Below, one piece after another: positions 27,462 through 38,329 of a DNA stretch of 64,000 bases. Below the pieces are notes generated by a model, which saw only the letters and a program-made list of their open reading frames with translations, was not told the DNA's origin and did no database searches. The stretch's first letter is position 1; the number at the start of each line of letters is the position of its first letter. The position numbers and the translations under genes are program-made. Source of the DNA: Escherichia coli (GTDB lineage Bacteria; Pseudomonadota; Gammaproteobacteria; Enterobacterales; Enterobacteriaceae); assembly GCF_044324785.1 (NCBI RefSeq), contig NZ_CP172127.1. One strand, written 5' to 3'.

Positions 27462-27785
27462 TGTTATCTCCTGCTGAGTATTACGCCTGTGCGGTGCCAC
27501 AATCGGCCCAACTATTATGAGGCGCAAATTTTAATGCTTAGTGACTATAGACTATCCGGGCAATGTTTCCACCGCGTATAACTTTTTTTACCTAAAGGTT
27601 ACAATTATTCAGAATTATCTTTTTACCGAAGCGCGGTCTTCAGTATAAGCATTCATTTTTCATATGATTTGTGCGCTTGACCGCAAACTGGCATCACACT
27701 TGCGGGAAATTCGATAAATAGCACATATGATTAAAACTCAGACCCAAGTGGTCGGATCACCTGCATATCATAAGAAGGAAACACC

Positions 27786-28340
27786 ATGACCCTACGCAAG
27801 ATTCTGGCACTCACCTGCCTGCTGTTGCCGATGATGGCTTCCGCACATCAGTTCGAAACCGGTCAGCGAGTGCCGCCGATTGGCATTACCGATCGTGGCG
27901 AGTTGGTGCTTGATAAAGATCAGTTTAGCTACAAAACCTGGAACAGCGCGCAGTTAGTGGGAAAAGTGCGAGTACTGCAACATATTGCTGGTCGCACCTC
28001 TGCAAAAGAGAAAAATGCGACGCTGATTGAAGCGATTAAATCAGCAAAGTTACCGCACGATCGTTACCAGACCACCACCATTGTTAACACCGACGACGCA
28101 ATTCCGGGTTCCGGCATGTTTGTGCGCAGCAGTCTGGAGAGTAATAAAAAGCTTTATCCCTGGTCGCAGTTTATTGTCGATAGCAATGGCGTCGCGCGCG
28201 GTGCCTGGCAGCTGGATGAAGAAAGTTCCGCTGTAGTGGTGCTGGATAAAGACGGTCGCGTGCAATGGGCCAAAGACGGGGCGCTCACACCGGAAGAGGT
28301 GCAGCAAGTGATGGACCTGCTGCAAAAGTTGCTCAAATAA
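27786..28340 (+). CDS. ytfJ: Periplasmic protein YtfJ
   Basis: 184 aa with signal peptide (MTLRKILALTCLLLPMMASAHQ). Confidence 0.85.
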   Translation: MTLRKILALTCLLLPMMASAHQFETGQRVPPIGITDRGELVLDKDQFSYKTWNSAQLVGKVRVLQHIAGRTSAKEKNATLIEAIKSAKLPHDRYQTTTIVNTDDAIPGSGMFVRSSLESNKKLYPWSQFIVDSNGVARGAWQLDEESSAVVVLDKDGRVQWAKDGALTPEEVQQVMDLLQKLLK

Positions 28341-28373
28341 TGGCAATAACATAAATTCTGCAAAAATAATTTT

Positions 28374-28400
28374 CCCCTATCGTTATCTATGGGATAGGGG
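28374..28400 (-). terminator. Hairpin with downstream T-run on minus strand; terminator of ytfI
   Basis: CCCCTATC...GATAGGGG stem flanked by AAAATAATTTT. Confidence 0.4.
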
Positions 28401-28429
28401 AATTAAGCCTCTGAGTTCTTACGCTGAAC

Positions 28430-29341
28430 TCATACTGGTAACGCTAGTTGCTTTTTTTTAAACGCCTCAATGGTCGATTTATATTTCTCGCAAATCTTTT
28501 CTTCGGTAATATCACTATCTGCGGCCAGATTCGCACTTACTATCGCATCCACTTGTTCGGCTAATTCGACTTGTTGGCAACCTGCATTAACCAGAAAATT
28601 ATAAATAAGAGAGTAATCTTCATCCTCCAAAACAACAGAGGAACCATTACGAAAACGTTCATCCCCTCCATAGATTTTAAGCGCAAAGCCCAAAGATTCT
28701 ATGACTATGGCAAAATTATCATCAATTATTTTTTCGTAAATATACCATCCATCGCATTCTTTAATTCCACCTCCTGGAATTTGGAGGTCAAATTTACCCC
28801 GTTTTAATTTACTTACTATATCATCCAATACAGCATAACCTAAAGACACGTCACCAAACGCCTGGCGAATATAACCTTTAATCCTTTCCGGTATGTCAGA
28901 CTGTTTTTTCTGCAGAATATCCCAGGCATACAATCTTCTGTTTTGTTCTAACGGAAACTCGCGGTTTTTGAAATCCATGAATGAGTTATACTCATTTATT
29001 GTTATGGGAATTTCTTCGTATTCAAATCCACTGCCTCGCAATGTCATTATATATTCGGCACCGTTATCTTTAAGGCTGAAACTGATAAGAAACTTATCCA
29101 TGGCGTTAACAGTTTCATTTTTTGATGAAAGTACCTGATAACTATTTTTATCAATCTGAGTTGCGCAACGAAAGAACTCCCGCAAAGTTAACAGGCTATC
29201 ATAATTCGAAATCCAATCTTTTTTATTAAATGCATGCTGGATATTGTTAAAAAAATTGTTTGAATGTGTTTTTGTATGCGATGATTTTACGAATAACTCC
29301 ACCGCACCAATAAAATTATTGTGTCTGATCCTGGGTAACAT
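28430..29341 (-). CDS. ytfI: Uncharacterised protein YtfI (AT-rich orphan gene)
   Basis: 303 aa, no recognisable motifs, markedly AT-rich relative to flanks; position between ytfJ and cysQ matches ytfI. Confidence 0.7.
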   Translation of the reverse strand: MLPRIRHNNFIGAVELFVKSSHTKTHSNNFFNNIQHAFNKKDWISNYDSLLTLREFFRCATQIDKNSYQVLSSKNETVNAMDKFLISFSLKDNGAEYIMTLRGSGFEYEEIPITINEYNSFMDFKNREFPLEQNRRLYAWDILQKKQSDIPERIKGYIRQAFGDVSLGYAVLDDIVSKLKRGKFDLQIPGGGIKECDGWYIYEKIIDDNFAIVIESLGFALKIYGGDERFRNGSSVVLEDEDYSLIYNFLVNAGCQQVELAEQVDAIVSANLAADSDITEEKICEKYKSTIEAFKKKQLALPV

Positions 29342-29552
29342 ATGGCTACCTTATTTTATTTGGTTATTTTATGTCGCCATTAAATATCTCATTATAGAAG
29401 TAAACTATCAAAAAACGCTCATTATTAAAATGTAACTTATTAGCAATTGAATTTTTGCACTTTAAATACAATCTCTTTTTATTTATAACTTTTTAGGTTG
29501 GGAGAAATCAGGATGGCAGATTCAGGAAATACACTGTTTCTGCCATCTGAAT

Positions 29553-30293
29553 TTAGTAAATAGACACTCTGAATCCCGGATTCAGGAACGACTCGCGCGG
29601 AGTGTAATCCAGCGGTTTACCCTGCCAGTCGTGAACGTGCGCTCCGGCAGCTGCAGCCACAGCATGACCAGCGGCGGTATCCCAAATATTCGTTGGTCCG
29701 AAGCGCGGGTACAGCTGCGCCTGCCCTTCCGCCACCAGGCAGAATTTCAGCGAAGAGCCGATGGACGTGGTCTGATGTTCGCCAAGCTGTTGCAGATACT
29801 CTTTCAGCTCCGCATCTGCATGGGAACGGCTAATAACGACCAATGGCGGGCGCGCATCGCGGACCTGAATCTGCTTGCGCACGCCGCACTCTTCTTTCCA
29901 CGCTTTGCCTTCTGCCGCGCTGTACATTACGTTCATTACCGGCGCATACACCACGCCTAAAATCGGTTTTCCATGGTCAATGAGCGCAATGTTAACGGTG
30001 AATTCGCCATTACGTTTAATAAACTCTTTAGTACCATCCAGTGGGTCTACCAGCCAGTAACGCTGCCAGTGCTGACGGACTTCCCAACCGGGAGGATCTT
30101 CTTCAGAAAGCACCGGAATATCCGGTGTCAGCGTACGTAAACCGTCCATGATAACGGTGTGTGCGGCAATATCCGCTGCCGTTACCGGAGAATTGTCCGC
30201 TTTGCTGACGACGTCCATCGGTTTCGTCCCGTCGTAGACCTGCATAATGGCATCGCCTGCATTCCGTGCAAGCTGGCATACTTGATCTAACAT
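29553..30293 (-). CDS. cysQ: 3'(2'),5'-bisphosphate nucleotidase
   Basis: 246 aa inositol-monophosphatase fold ([17 protein letters not shown]). Confidence 0.92.
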   Translation of the reverse strand: MLDQVCQLARNAGDAIMQVYDGTKPMDVVSKADNSPVTAADIAAHTVIMDGLRTLTPDIPVLSEEDPPGWEVRQHWQRYWLVDPLDGTKEFIKRNGEFTVNIALIDHGKPILGVVYAPVMNVMYSAAEGKAWKEECGVRKQIQVRDARPPLVVISRSHADAELKEYLQQLGEHQTTSIGSSLKFCLVAEGQAQLYPRFGPTNIWDTAAGHAVAAAAGAHVHDWQGKPLDYTPRESFLNPGFRVSIY

Positions 30294-30482
30294 TTCTCCA
30301 CCTCGTCTCTGTGAGCGGTGTTAACTTATTGTTTTACTTATACCCTATCGTTAATGAATGCGCCAACTGTGATAGTGTCATCATTTTCAAAGCGTAAAAT
30401 TGTGGCATTCTTCACTGTTCTATAAGTAAGACGTTTATTCTCCCTTTTCTTTCGTATTCCCGATGATAAAAGGATGTCCCTG

Positions 30483-32426
30483 ATGATTAAGTTTAGCGCA
30501 ACGCTCCTGGCCACGCTGATTGCCGCCAGTGTGAATGCAGCGACGGTCGATCTGCGTATCATGGAAACCACTGATCTGCATAGCAACATGATGGATTTCG
30601 ATTATTACAAAGACACCGCCACGGAAAAATTCGGACTGGTACGTACGGCAAGCCTGATTAACGATGCCCGCAATGAAGTGAAAAACAGCGTACTGGTCGA
30701 TAACGGCGATTTGATTCAGGGGAGTCCGCTGGCAGATTACATGTCGGCGAAAGGATTAAAAGCAGGTGATATTCACCCGGTCTATAAGGCATTAAATACG
30801 CTGGACTATACCGTCGGCACGCTTGGCAACCACGAGTTTAACTACGGTCTGGATTATCTGAAAAATGCGCTGGCGGGAGCGAAATTCCCTTATGTAAATG
30901 CCAACGTCATTGACGCCAGAACCAAACAGCCAATGTTTACACCGTATTTAATTAAAGACACCGAAGTGGTCGATAAAGACGGAAAAAAACAGACGCTGAA
31001 GATTGGCTATATTGGCGTCGTCCCGCCACAAATCATGGGCTGGGATAAAGCTAATTTATCCGGGAAAGTGACGGTGAATGATATTACCGAAACCGTGCGC
31101 AAATACGTGCCTGAAATGCGCGAGAAAGGTGCCGATGTCGTTGTCGTTCTGGCGCATTCTGGTCTGTCTGCCGATCCGTATAAAGTGATGGCGGAAAACT
31201 CAGTTTATTACCTCAGTGAAATTCCGGGTGTTAACGCCATTATGTTTGGTCATGCTCACGCCGTTTTCCCGGGTAAAGATTTTGCTGATATCGAAGGGGC
31301 TGATATCGCCAAAGGCACGCTGAATGGTGTTCCGGCGGTAATGCCAGGCATGTGGGGCGATCATCTTGGTGTGGTCGACTTACAACTCAGTAATGACAGC
31401 GGTAAATGGCAGGTGACGCAGGCGAAAGCGGAAGCACGGCCGATTTACGACATCGCGAATAAAAAATCCCTCGCGGCGGAAGACAGCAAGCTGGTAGAAA
31501 CACTCAAAGCCGATCACGATGCCACACGCCAGTTCGTCAGCAAGCCAATCGGTAAATCTGCCGACAATATGTATAGCTATCTGGCGCTTGTGCAGGACGA
31601 TCCGACCGTGCAGGTGGTGAACAACGCGCAAAAAGCGTATGTCGAGCATTACATTCAGGGCGATCCGGATCTGGCAAAACTGCCGGTGCTTTCAGCTGCC
31701 GCACCGTTTAAAGTTGGTGGTCGCAAAAATGACCCGGCAAGCTATGTGGAGGTGGAAAAAGGTCAGCTGACTTTCCGTAATGCCGCCGATCTTTATCTCT
31801 ATCCCAATACGCTGATTGTGGTGAAAGCCAGCGGTAAAGAGGTGAAAGAGTGGCTGGAGTGCTCCGCCGGACAGTTTAACCAGATTGATCCTAACAGCAC
31901 GAAACCACAGTCACTCATCAACTGGGATGGTTTCCGCACTTATAACTTTGATGTTATTGATGGTGTGAATTATCAGATTGATGTTACCCAACCCGCCCGC
32001 TATGACGGTGAATGTCAGGTGGTTAATGCCAATGCAGAGCGGATTAAGAACCTGACCTTTAACGGTAAGCCGATTGATCCGAACGCCATGTTCCTCGTTG
32101 CCACCAATAACTATCGCGCTTACGGCGGCAAATTTGCCGGTACGGGCGACAGCCATATCGCTTTTGCTTCACCGGATGAGAACCGCTCGGTGCTGGCAGC
32201 GTGGATTGCTGAAGAGTCGAACCGTGCGGGGGAAATTCACCCGGCGGCAGATAACAACTGGCGTTTAGCACCGATAACTGGCGATAAGAAACTGGATATC
32301 CGTTTCGAAACCTCTCCGTCAGATAAAGCCGCAGCGTTCATTAAAGAGAAAGGGCAATATCCGATGAATAAAGTCGCGACCGATGATATCGGGTTTGCGA
32401 TTTATCAGGTGGATTTGAGTAAGTAA
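30483..32426 (+). CDS. cpdB: 2',3'-cyclic-nucleotide 2'-phosphodiesterase/3'-nucleotidase
   Basis: 647 aa from internal ATG ([34 protein letters not shown]...), calcineurin-like phosphoesterase plus 5'-nucleotidase C-domain. Confidence 0.9.
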   Translation: MIKFSATLLATLIAASVNAATVDLRIMETTDLHSNMMDFDYYKDTATEKFGLVRTASLINDARNEVKNSVLVDNGDLIQGSPLADYMSAKGLKAGDIHPVYKALNTLDYTVGTLGNHEFNYGLDYLKNALAGAKFPYVNANVIDARTKQPMFTPYLIKDTEVVDKDGKKQTLKIGYIGVVPPQIMGWDKANLSGKVTVNDITETVRKYVPEMREKGADVVVVLAHSGLSADPYKVMAENSVYYLSEIPGVNAIMFGHAHAVFPGKDFADIEGADIAKGTLNGVPAVMPGMWGDHLGVVDLQLSNDSGKWQVTQAKAEARPIYDIANKKSLAAEDSKLVETLKADHDATRQFVSKPIGKSADNMYSYLALVQDDPTVQVVNNAQKAYVEHYIQGDPDLAKLPVLSAAAPFKVGGRKNDPASYVEVEKGQLTFRNAADLYLYPNTLIVVKASGKEVKEWLECSAGQFNQIDPNSTKPQSLINWDGFRTYNFDVIDGVNYQIDVTQPARYDGECQVVNANAERIKNLTFNGKPIDPNAMFLVATNNYRAYGGKFAGTGDSHIAFASPDENRSVLAAWIAEESNRAGEIHPAADNNWRLAPITGDKKLDIRFETSPSDKAAAFIKEKGQYPMNKVATDDIGFAIYQVDLSK

Positions 32427-32440
32427 TACACTTCTTTTTC

Positions 32441-32552
32441 GGCCTATAAATCATCAACCGCATCCGGCACTTTTGTCGGATGCGATGCTGGCGCATCTTA
32501 TCCGTCCTACAAGCCATGCACCGTTGGCCGGATAAGCGCAGCGCATCCGGCA
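32441..32552. repeat. REP/BIME cluster between cpdB and ytfH
   Basis: Repeated GCATCCGGCA / GCCGGATAAGCGCAGCGCATCCGGCA units. Confidence 0.5.
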
Positions 32553-32553
32553 G

Positions 32554-32934
32554 TTATGCCGCACGTTCATCCCGCACCGCTAACACCTCGGGCAAATTCA
32601 ACTCAATCCAGTCCGCCAGTGCAGCAACCTTTTCGCTCACCTGCTCGCCCAGCGGCGTGAGGCTATATTCCACATGCGGTGGCACCACCGGATACGCGAT
32701 ACGGTTAAGAAAACCATCCTGCTCTAGCGCCTGTAACGACTGCGCAAGCATCTTTTCACTCACCCCCCCGATTTTGCGCCGCAGGTCGCTAAAGCGATGA
32801 GTACCTTCGCGTAGCGCCACCAGAATCAATACCCCCCAACGGCTGGTGACGTGTTTTAACACCTCACGCGACGGGCACTGTTCCGCAAAGAGATTTCCCT
32901 CTTTCAGTTGTTGCGACAGGCTAACCTGACTCAT
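32554..32934 (-). CDS. ytfH: HxlR-family transcriptional regulator
   Basis: 126 aa from internal ATG (MSQVSLSQQLKEGNLFAEQCPSREVLKHVTSRWGVLILVAL...). Confidence 0.8.
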   Translation of the reverse strand: MSQVSLSQQLKEGNLFAEQCPSREVLKHVTSRWGVLILVALREGTHRFSDLRRKIGGVSEKMLAQSLQALEQDGFLNRIAYPVVPPHVEYSLTPLGEQVSEKVAALADWIELNLPEVLAVRDERAA

Positions 32935-33022
32935 TTCATACTTACCTTTTTGTATGTACTTACTAAAAGTAAGTTTAGGTGGTAGCGTATTTAAACACAA
33001 GACAAAACGATGGAGGCTTCCC

Positions 33023-33883
33023 ATGATCGCTATTACTGGTGCCACTGGCCAACTTGGTCATTATGTTATTAACTCCTTACTGAAAACCGTTCCTGCCAGC
33101 CAAATAGTGGCTATCGCACGTAACCCGGCAAAAGCGCAGGCATTGAGCGCGCAAGGCATTACTGTACGTCAGGCTGACTACGGCGATGAGGCCGCACTGA
33201 CATCTGCGCTTCAGGGAGTGGAAAAACTGCTACTGATCTCTTCCAGCGAAGTGGGGCAACGTGCCCCGCAGCATCGAAATGTTATTAATGCCGCTAAGGC
33301 GGCGGGCGTGAAACTTATCGCTTATACCAGCCTGCTACATGCAGATACCTCCCCGCTCGGCCTCGCCGATGAGCACATCGAGACGGAGAAAATGCTGGCT
33401 GATTCTGGCATCGTTTACACCCTGCTGCGCAACGGCTGGTACAGCGAAAACTACCTCGCCAGCGCCCCGGCAGCACTGGAACACGGCGTATTTATCGGTG
33501 CCGCGGGCGATGGCAAAATCGCCTCAGCAACGCGGGCAGATTATGCGGCAGCTGCGGCACGCGTGATTAGCGAAGCCGGTCACGAAGGCAAGGTTTACGA
33601 ACTGGCGGGCGATAGTGCCTGGACGTTGACACAGTTAGCGGCAGAGCTGACCAAACAGAGCGGAAAATCCGTTACCTATCAAAATCTGAGCGAAGCCGAT
33701 TTCGCCGCGGCACTGAAAAGCGTCGGACTGCCCGACGGACTGGCGGATATTCTGGCGGATTCCGACGTTGGCGCATCGAAAGGTGGTCTGTTTGATAACA
33801 GCAAAACGCTTAGCAAATTGATTGGCCGCCCAACGACAACATTAGCCGAGAGCGTAAGCCATCTTTTTAATGTTAATAACTAG
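33023..33883 (+). CDS. qorB: NAD(P)H:quinone oxidoreductase (NmrA-like)
   Basis: 286 aa from internal ATG (MIAITGATGQLGHYVINSLL...), divergent from ytfH; K-12 synonym ytfG. Confidence 0.85.
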   Translation: MIAITGATGQLGHYVINSLLKTVPASQIVAIARNPAKAQALSAQGITVRQADYGDEAALTSALQGVEKLLLISSSEVGQRAPQHRNVINAAKAAGVKLIAYTSLLHADTSPLGLADEHIETEKMLADSGIVYTLLRNGWYSENYLASAPAALEHGVFIGAAGDGKIASATRADYAAAAARVISEAGHEGKVYELAGDSAWTLTQLAAELTKQSGKSVTYQNLSEADFAAALKSVGLPDGLADILADSDVGASKGGLFDNSKTLSKLIGRPTTTLAESVSHLFNVNN

Positions 33884-33990
33884 TTAATTAAAGTGGCATC
33901 CTCCCGTATCCTCTCTGATAATGACGGGATGCGGGGAGCAATCATGTCTGCTTCCTGAACTTTCTTCTGACAGATCAATGGATGCCAGTA

Positions 33991-34956
33991 ATGATTAGCG
34001 GCGTGCTGTACGCCCTGTTAGCAGGGTTGATGTGGGGGCTTATTTTTGTCGGGCCGTTGATCGTGCCGGAATACCCGGCGATGTTGCAGTCTATGGGGCG
34101 TTATCTGGCGTTAGGGTTAATTGCGCTGCCCATTGCCTGGCTGGGACGCGTGCGTCTGCGTCAGTTGGCGCGTCGCGACTGGCTTACCGCCTTGATGCTC
34201 ACCATGATGGGCAACCTCATCTATTACTTCTGCCTTGCCAGTGCCATTCAACGTACTGGCGCGCCTGTTTCCACGATGATTATTGGCACCCTGCCGGTGG
34301 TGATACCTGTCTTTGCCAATCTGCTTTATAGCCAGCGCGACGGCAAACTCGCGTGGGGAAAACTCGCCCCGGCGCTGGTTTGTATTGGCATCGGCCTGGC
34401 GAGTGTGAATATTGCTGAGTTAAACCACGGACTCCCCGATTTTGACTGGGCACGTTATACCTCTGGCATCGTGCTGGCGTTAGTTTCCGTGGTCTGCTGG
34501 GCGTGGTATGCCCTGCGCAACGCCCGCTGGCTGCGGGAAAATCCCGACAAACATCCAATGATGTGGGCAACAGCGCAGGCGCTGGTCACGCTGCCGGTTT
34601 CTCTCATCGGCTATCTCGTCGCCTGTTACTGGCTGAATATACAAACGCCGGACTTCTCCTTACCTTTTGGCCCCCGTCCGCTGGTGTTTATTAGTCTGAT
34701 GGTTGCGATAGCCGTGCTTTGCTCATGGGTTGGCGCACTCTGCTGGAACGTCGCCAGCCAGCGATTACCGACAGTGATTCTCGGGCCGCTGATTGTTTTC
34801 GAAACGCTGGCAGGTTTGCTGTACACCTTTTTACTCCGCCAGCAAATGCCGCCGCTAATGACGCTGAGCGGTATCGCGCTGTTAGTGATTGGCGTGGTCA
34901 TCGCGGTCAGAGCAAAACCAGAAAAACCTTTAACTGAATCTGTCTCAGAAAGTTGA
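33991..34956 (+). CDS. ytfF: EamA/DMT-family inner membrane protein
   Basis: About 321 aa, 10 predicted TM helices; start ambiguous (ATG at 33982 or 33991). Confidence 0.8.
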   Translation: MISGVLYALLAGLMWGLIFVGPLIVPEYPAMLQSMGRYLALGLIALPIAWLGRVRLRQLARRDWLTALMLTMMGNLIYYFCLASAIQRTGAPVSTMIIGTLPVVIPVFANLLYSQRDGKLAWGKLAPALVCIGIGLASVNIAELNHGLPDFDWARYTSGIVLALVSVVCWAWYALRNARWLRENPDKHPMMWATAQALVTLPVSLIGYLVACYWLNIQTPDFSLPFGPRPLVFISLMVAIAVLCSWVGALCWNVASQRLPTVILGPLIVFETLAGLLYTFLLRQQMPPLMTLSGIALLVIGVVIAVRAKPEKPLTESVSES

Positions 34957-35024
34957 CACGCTGGCAGTGAGTTAAATAAGCCTCTGCTACGTAAGGGTTA
35001 TAGCATTTGCCTTAAAGATGCATT

Positions 35025-35047
35025 TAAAATGCACCTTATATTATTAA
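35025..35047. promoter_or_regulatory. Candidate NsrR operator upstream of ytfE
   Basis: AAGATGCATTTAAAATGCACCTT, an AT-rich inverted repeat about 17 bp upstream of the ytfE start, resembling the NsrR consensus as remembered. Confidence 0.5.
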
Positions 35048-35063
35048 GAATGAGGTATCAGCT

Positions 35064-35726
35064 ATGGCTTATCGCGACCAACCTTTAGGTGAACTGGCGC
35101 TCTCTATTCCTCGCGCTTCGGCTCTGTTTCGTAAATATGATATGGATTACTGCTGCGGCGGTAAGCAGACGCTGGCGCGCGCGGCGGCACGTAAGGAGCT
35201 GGATGTTGACGTCATTGAAGCCGAACTGGCAAAGCTTGCTGAACAACCGATTGAGAAAGACTGGCGTAGCGCCCCGCTGGCTGAAATCATCGACCATATC
35301 ATCGTGCGCTACCACGATCGCCACCGCGAGCAGCTGCCGGAGCTGATCCTGCAAGCGACTAAAGTCGAGCGCGTTCACGCCGACAAACCGAGCGTGCCAA
35401 AAGGGCTGACAAAATACCTGACTATGCTGCATGAAGAGCTTTCCAGCCACATGATGAAAGAAGAGCAGATCCTCTTCCCGATGATCAAACAAGGCATGGG
35501 TAGCCAGGCGATGGGGCCAATCAGCGTAATGGAAAGCGAGCACGATGAAGCGGGCGAACTGCTGGAAGTGATCAAACACACTACCAATAACGTCACACCG
35601 CCGCCAGAAGCCTGCACCACCTGGAAAGCGATGTATAACGGCATTAATGAACTGATTGATGACCTGATGGATCACATCAGTCTGGAAAACAATGTGCTGT
35701 TCCCACGCGCGCTGGCGGGTGAGTGA
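35064..35726 (+). CDS. ytfE: Iron-sulfur cluster repair di-iron protein (RIC)
   Basis: 220 aa, ScdA N-domain plus hemerythrin-like His/Glu ligands. Confidence 0.92.
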   Translation: MAYRDQPLGELALSIPRASALFRKYDMDYCCGGKQTLARAAARKELDVDVIEAELAKLAEQPIEKDWRSAPLAEIIDHIIVRYHDRHREQLPELILQATKVERVHADKPSVPKGLTKYLTMLHEELSSHMMKEEQILFPMIKQGMGSQAMGPISVMESEHDEAGELLEVIKHTTNNVTPPPEACTTWKAMYNGINELIDDLMDHISLENNVLFPRALAGE

Positions 35727-35733
35727 TCTAAAA

Positions 35734-35758
35734 GCTGGATGGCATTGCGCCATCCAGC
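35734..35758. terminator. Bidirectional hairpin between convergent ytfE and cycA
   Basis: GCTGGATGGC-ATTGC-GCCATCCAGC. Confidence 0.5.
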
Positions 35759-35770
35759 ATGATAATGCGG

Positions 35771-37183
35771 TTATTTCCGCAGTTCAGCAGCCCGCTTCTT
35801 ACCAATAAACAGCCAGCCCAGCCCCAGTGCGATAAACCACAGCGGGGTAACCAGCAGCGCCTGGCGAGTGTCATCTTCCAGTGTCAGCAACACGACCACG
35901 AACACAAAGAACGCCATACATACCCAGCACATCAGCTTGCCGAGCGGCATCTTGTAGATCGACTTCTCATGCAGATGAGGACGCTGTTTGCGGTACACCA
36001 GGTACGAGCAAAGGATAATCGTCCAGACGAACATAAACAGAATCGCGGAAACGGTTGTAATCATCGTGAACGCGCCAATCACGCTGGGATTCACATACAA
36101 CATCACCACGCCGCCGAGCAGACAGATACAAGAGAAGGTCAGCCCTTTCGCGGGTACTGCGCGCTTAGAGAGTTTAGCGAACGCTTTCGGTGCCACACCT
36201 TCCTGCGCCAGACCAAACAGCATACGACTGGTAGAGAAGACGCCGCTGTTAGCGGAAGACGCCGCAGAGGTCAGCACCACAAAGTTAATCACGCTGGCGG
36301 CAGCAGGCAGCCCTACCAACACAAACAGTTCAACGAACGGACTTTTCTCCGGGACTACCGAACTCCACGGCGTCACGGACATAATCACAATCAGCGCGAA
36401 GACGTAGAACATAATGATACGGATCGGAATGGAGTTAATCGCGCGTGGCAGTGATTTCTCTGGATCTTTGGTTTCCGCAGCTGTTGTACCTACCAGCTCA
36501 ATCCCTACGAAAGCGAAAACCGCTATCTGGAATCCGGCAAAGAAGCCACTTAAACCTTTCGGGAACCAGCCGCCATCATTCCACAAATGCGCGAATGACG
36601 CTTCTACACCGGTCGGTGACTGAAAGTGCATCGCCACCATGACCAGGCCGACGACTATCAGCGACACAATGGCGACGATTTTGATCATCGCAAACCAGAA
36701 CTCCATCTCACCGAACATTTTCACGGTGGCGAGGTTGAGCGTCAGCAGCAGCACTATCACCGCCAGCGAGGCGACCCAGTCGGAGAGATCGGGGAACCAG
36801 AACTGAGCATAAGCCGTGATCGCCACCACGTCTGCCATACCGGTTACAACCCAGCAGAACCAGTAAGTCCAGCCGGTGAAATATCCTGCCCACGGCCCGA
36901 GTAAATCGGAAGCGAAGTCACTAAAAGATTTGTATTCCAGATTCGAAAGCAGCAATTCCCCCATTGCCCGCATCACGAAAAAGAGCATAAAACCAATGAT
37001 CATATAAACAAAAATGATCGACGGTCCGGCAAGACTGATTGTTTTACCGGACCCCATAAACAACCCAGTACCAATGGCACCGCCAATGGCAATAAGCTGA
37101 ATATGTCGGTTTGTGAGATTGCGCCGTAGCGACTGTTCAGCCGGAGCCTGATCATCGGCAACGACTTTTACCTGATCTACCAT
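35771..37183 (-). CDS. cycA: D-serine/D-alanine/glycine APC-family transporter
   Basis: 470 aa amino-acid permease (12 TM). Confidence 0.92.
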   Translation of the reverse strand: MVDQVKVVADDQAPAEQSLRRNLTNRHIQLIAIGGAIGTGLFMGSGKTISLAGPSIIFVYMIIGFMLFFVMRAMGELLLSNLEYKSFSDFASDLLGPWAGYFTGWTYWFCWVVTGMADVVAITAYAQFWFPDLSDWVASLAVIVLLLTLNLATVKMFGEMEFWFAMIKIVAIVSLIVVGLVMVAMHFQSPTGVEASFAHLWNDGGWFPKGLSGFFAGFQIAVFAFVGIELVGTTAAETKDPEKSLPRAINSIPIRIIMFYVFALIVIMSVTPWSSVVPEKSPFVELFVLVGLPAAASVINFVVLTSAASSANSGVFSTSRMLFGLAQEGVAPKAFAKLSKRAVPAKGLTFSCICLLGGVVMLYVNPSVIGAFTMITTVSAILFMFVWTIILCSYLVYRKQRPHLHEKSIYKMPLGKLMCWVCMAFFVFVVVLLTLEDDTRQALLVTPLWFIALGLGWLFIGKKRAAELRK

Positions 37184-37491
37184 GTTTTTTTCTTCCTGTA
37201 CCTGTCTGTGTTGTTCAGGCTCTACGGCCTTTAGTCAGTCTATGATACGACGAATCTGTATCGGGACTCATCGATATTAGGTAACAATACGCGGGATGAA
37301 TACTAAGATTTAGATCTAATGTTAATTTTATGTTTAAAGTGAGTGTCATATCACGGTGATAACGCGAAACAGCTCACAAAAATACACGCTTACGGGGTCT
37401 TTGCAACACAAAATAGCGCCGTTTGGCAAACTGAAGGGTTTATTGCTGAATGTCTGCTCCCCTCTGGTTCGAGGGGAACAGAATGCGCTGC

Positions 37492-38112
37492 TTAGAGGAT
37501 TTCCAGCAGTTCGACTTCAAACACCAGGGTGCTGAACGGAGGGATGGACGCGCCAGCGCCGCGCTCGCCATATGCCAGTTCCTGCGGGATAGTCAGTTCC
37601 CATTTAGAACCTACCGGCATCAGAGTCAGTGCTTCAATCCAGCCAGGGATCACGCCGTTAACCGGGAATTCAGCTGGCTCGCCGCGAGCAACGGAGCTGT
37701 CAAACACGGTGCCGTCGATCAGTTTTCCGGTGTAATGAACACGAACGCGGTCGGTACGTGCCGGAATTGCGCCTTCGCCCTGGTTGATCACGCGGAATTG
37801 CAGGCCAGATTCGGTGCTATTTACACCTTCTTTTTTGGCGTTTTCTTCCAGGTATTTCACACCTTCAGCAGCCATCGCCTGGAAACGCTGACGACGAACG
37901 GCATCGGCGCGTTCGTGGATTTCACGCAGCGCGCGGTGCACCACATCAACCGGAACAGCCGGATGTTTGCCTTCCAGCGCATCAGCAATGCCTGCAACCA
38001 GTGCTTCTGGCAGCAGCCCTTCCAGGCCAGATTCACTCAGTTGTTGCCCTACCTGCAAACCAATGCCGTAGCTTGCTTGCGCTTCGATGGTGTCAAAAGT
38101 TGGGGTGGTCAT
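37492..38112 (-). CDS. fklB: FKBP-type peptidyl-prolyl cis-trans isomerase
   Basis: 206 aa from internal ATG ([20 protein letters not shown]...), FKBP C-domain. Confidence 0.9.
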
Positions 38113-38329
38113 CGTATTTCCTTTCTTAGGGTATAAAGTAGCGGGCAGCATATCAGCCACACTTCTTTGGGTAAAACTTTGTCGCGGGAATGATGACAAA
38201 TCACGGGGAAAAAGAAACAATAGCAATATCCCGTATGAATATAATAAAGGCGGGTTTACCACGGACATCATAGCGTTAGCTTATTCATAGGCTATGATTG
38301 AGGAACAAGACGCGGAGCAGGAGGAAACC

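Noticed and set aside
27462-27785. Pho box upstream of ytfK
   Set aside because: I looked for CTGTCAT-type direct repeats in the ytfK-ytfJ spacer and found none convincing
35085-36454. Minus-strand 222-aa ORF and plus-strand 231-aa ORF
   Set aside because: Antisense to ytfE and cycA respectively; both real genes are confidently identified
37450-38136. 228-aa plus-strand ORF
   Set aside because: Antisense to fklB
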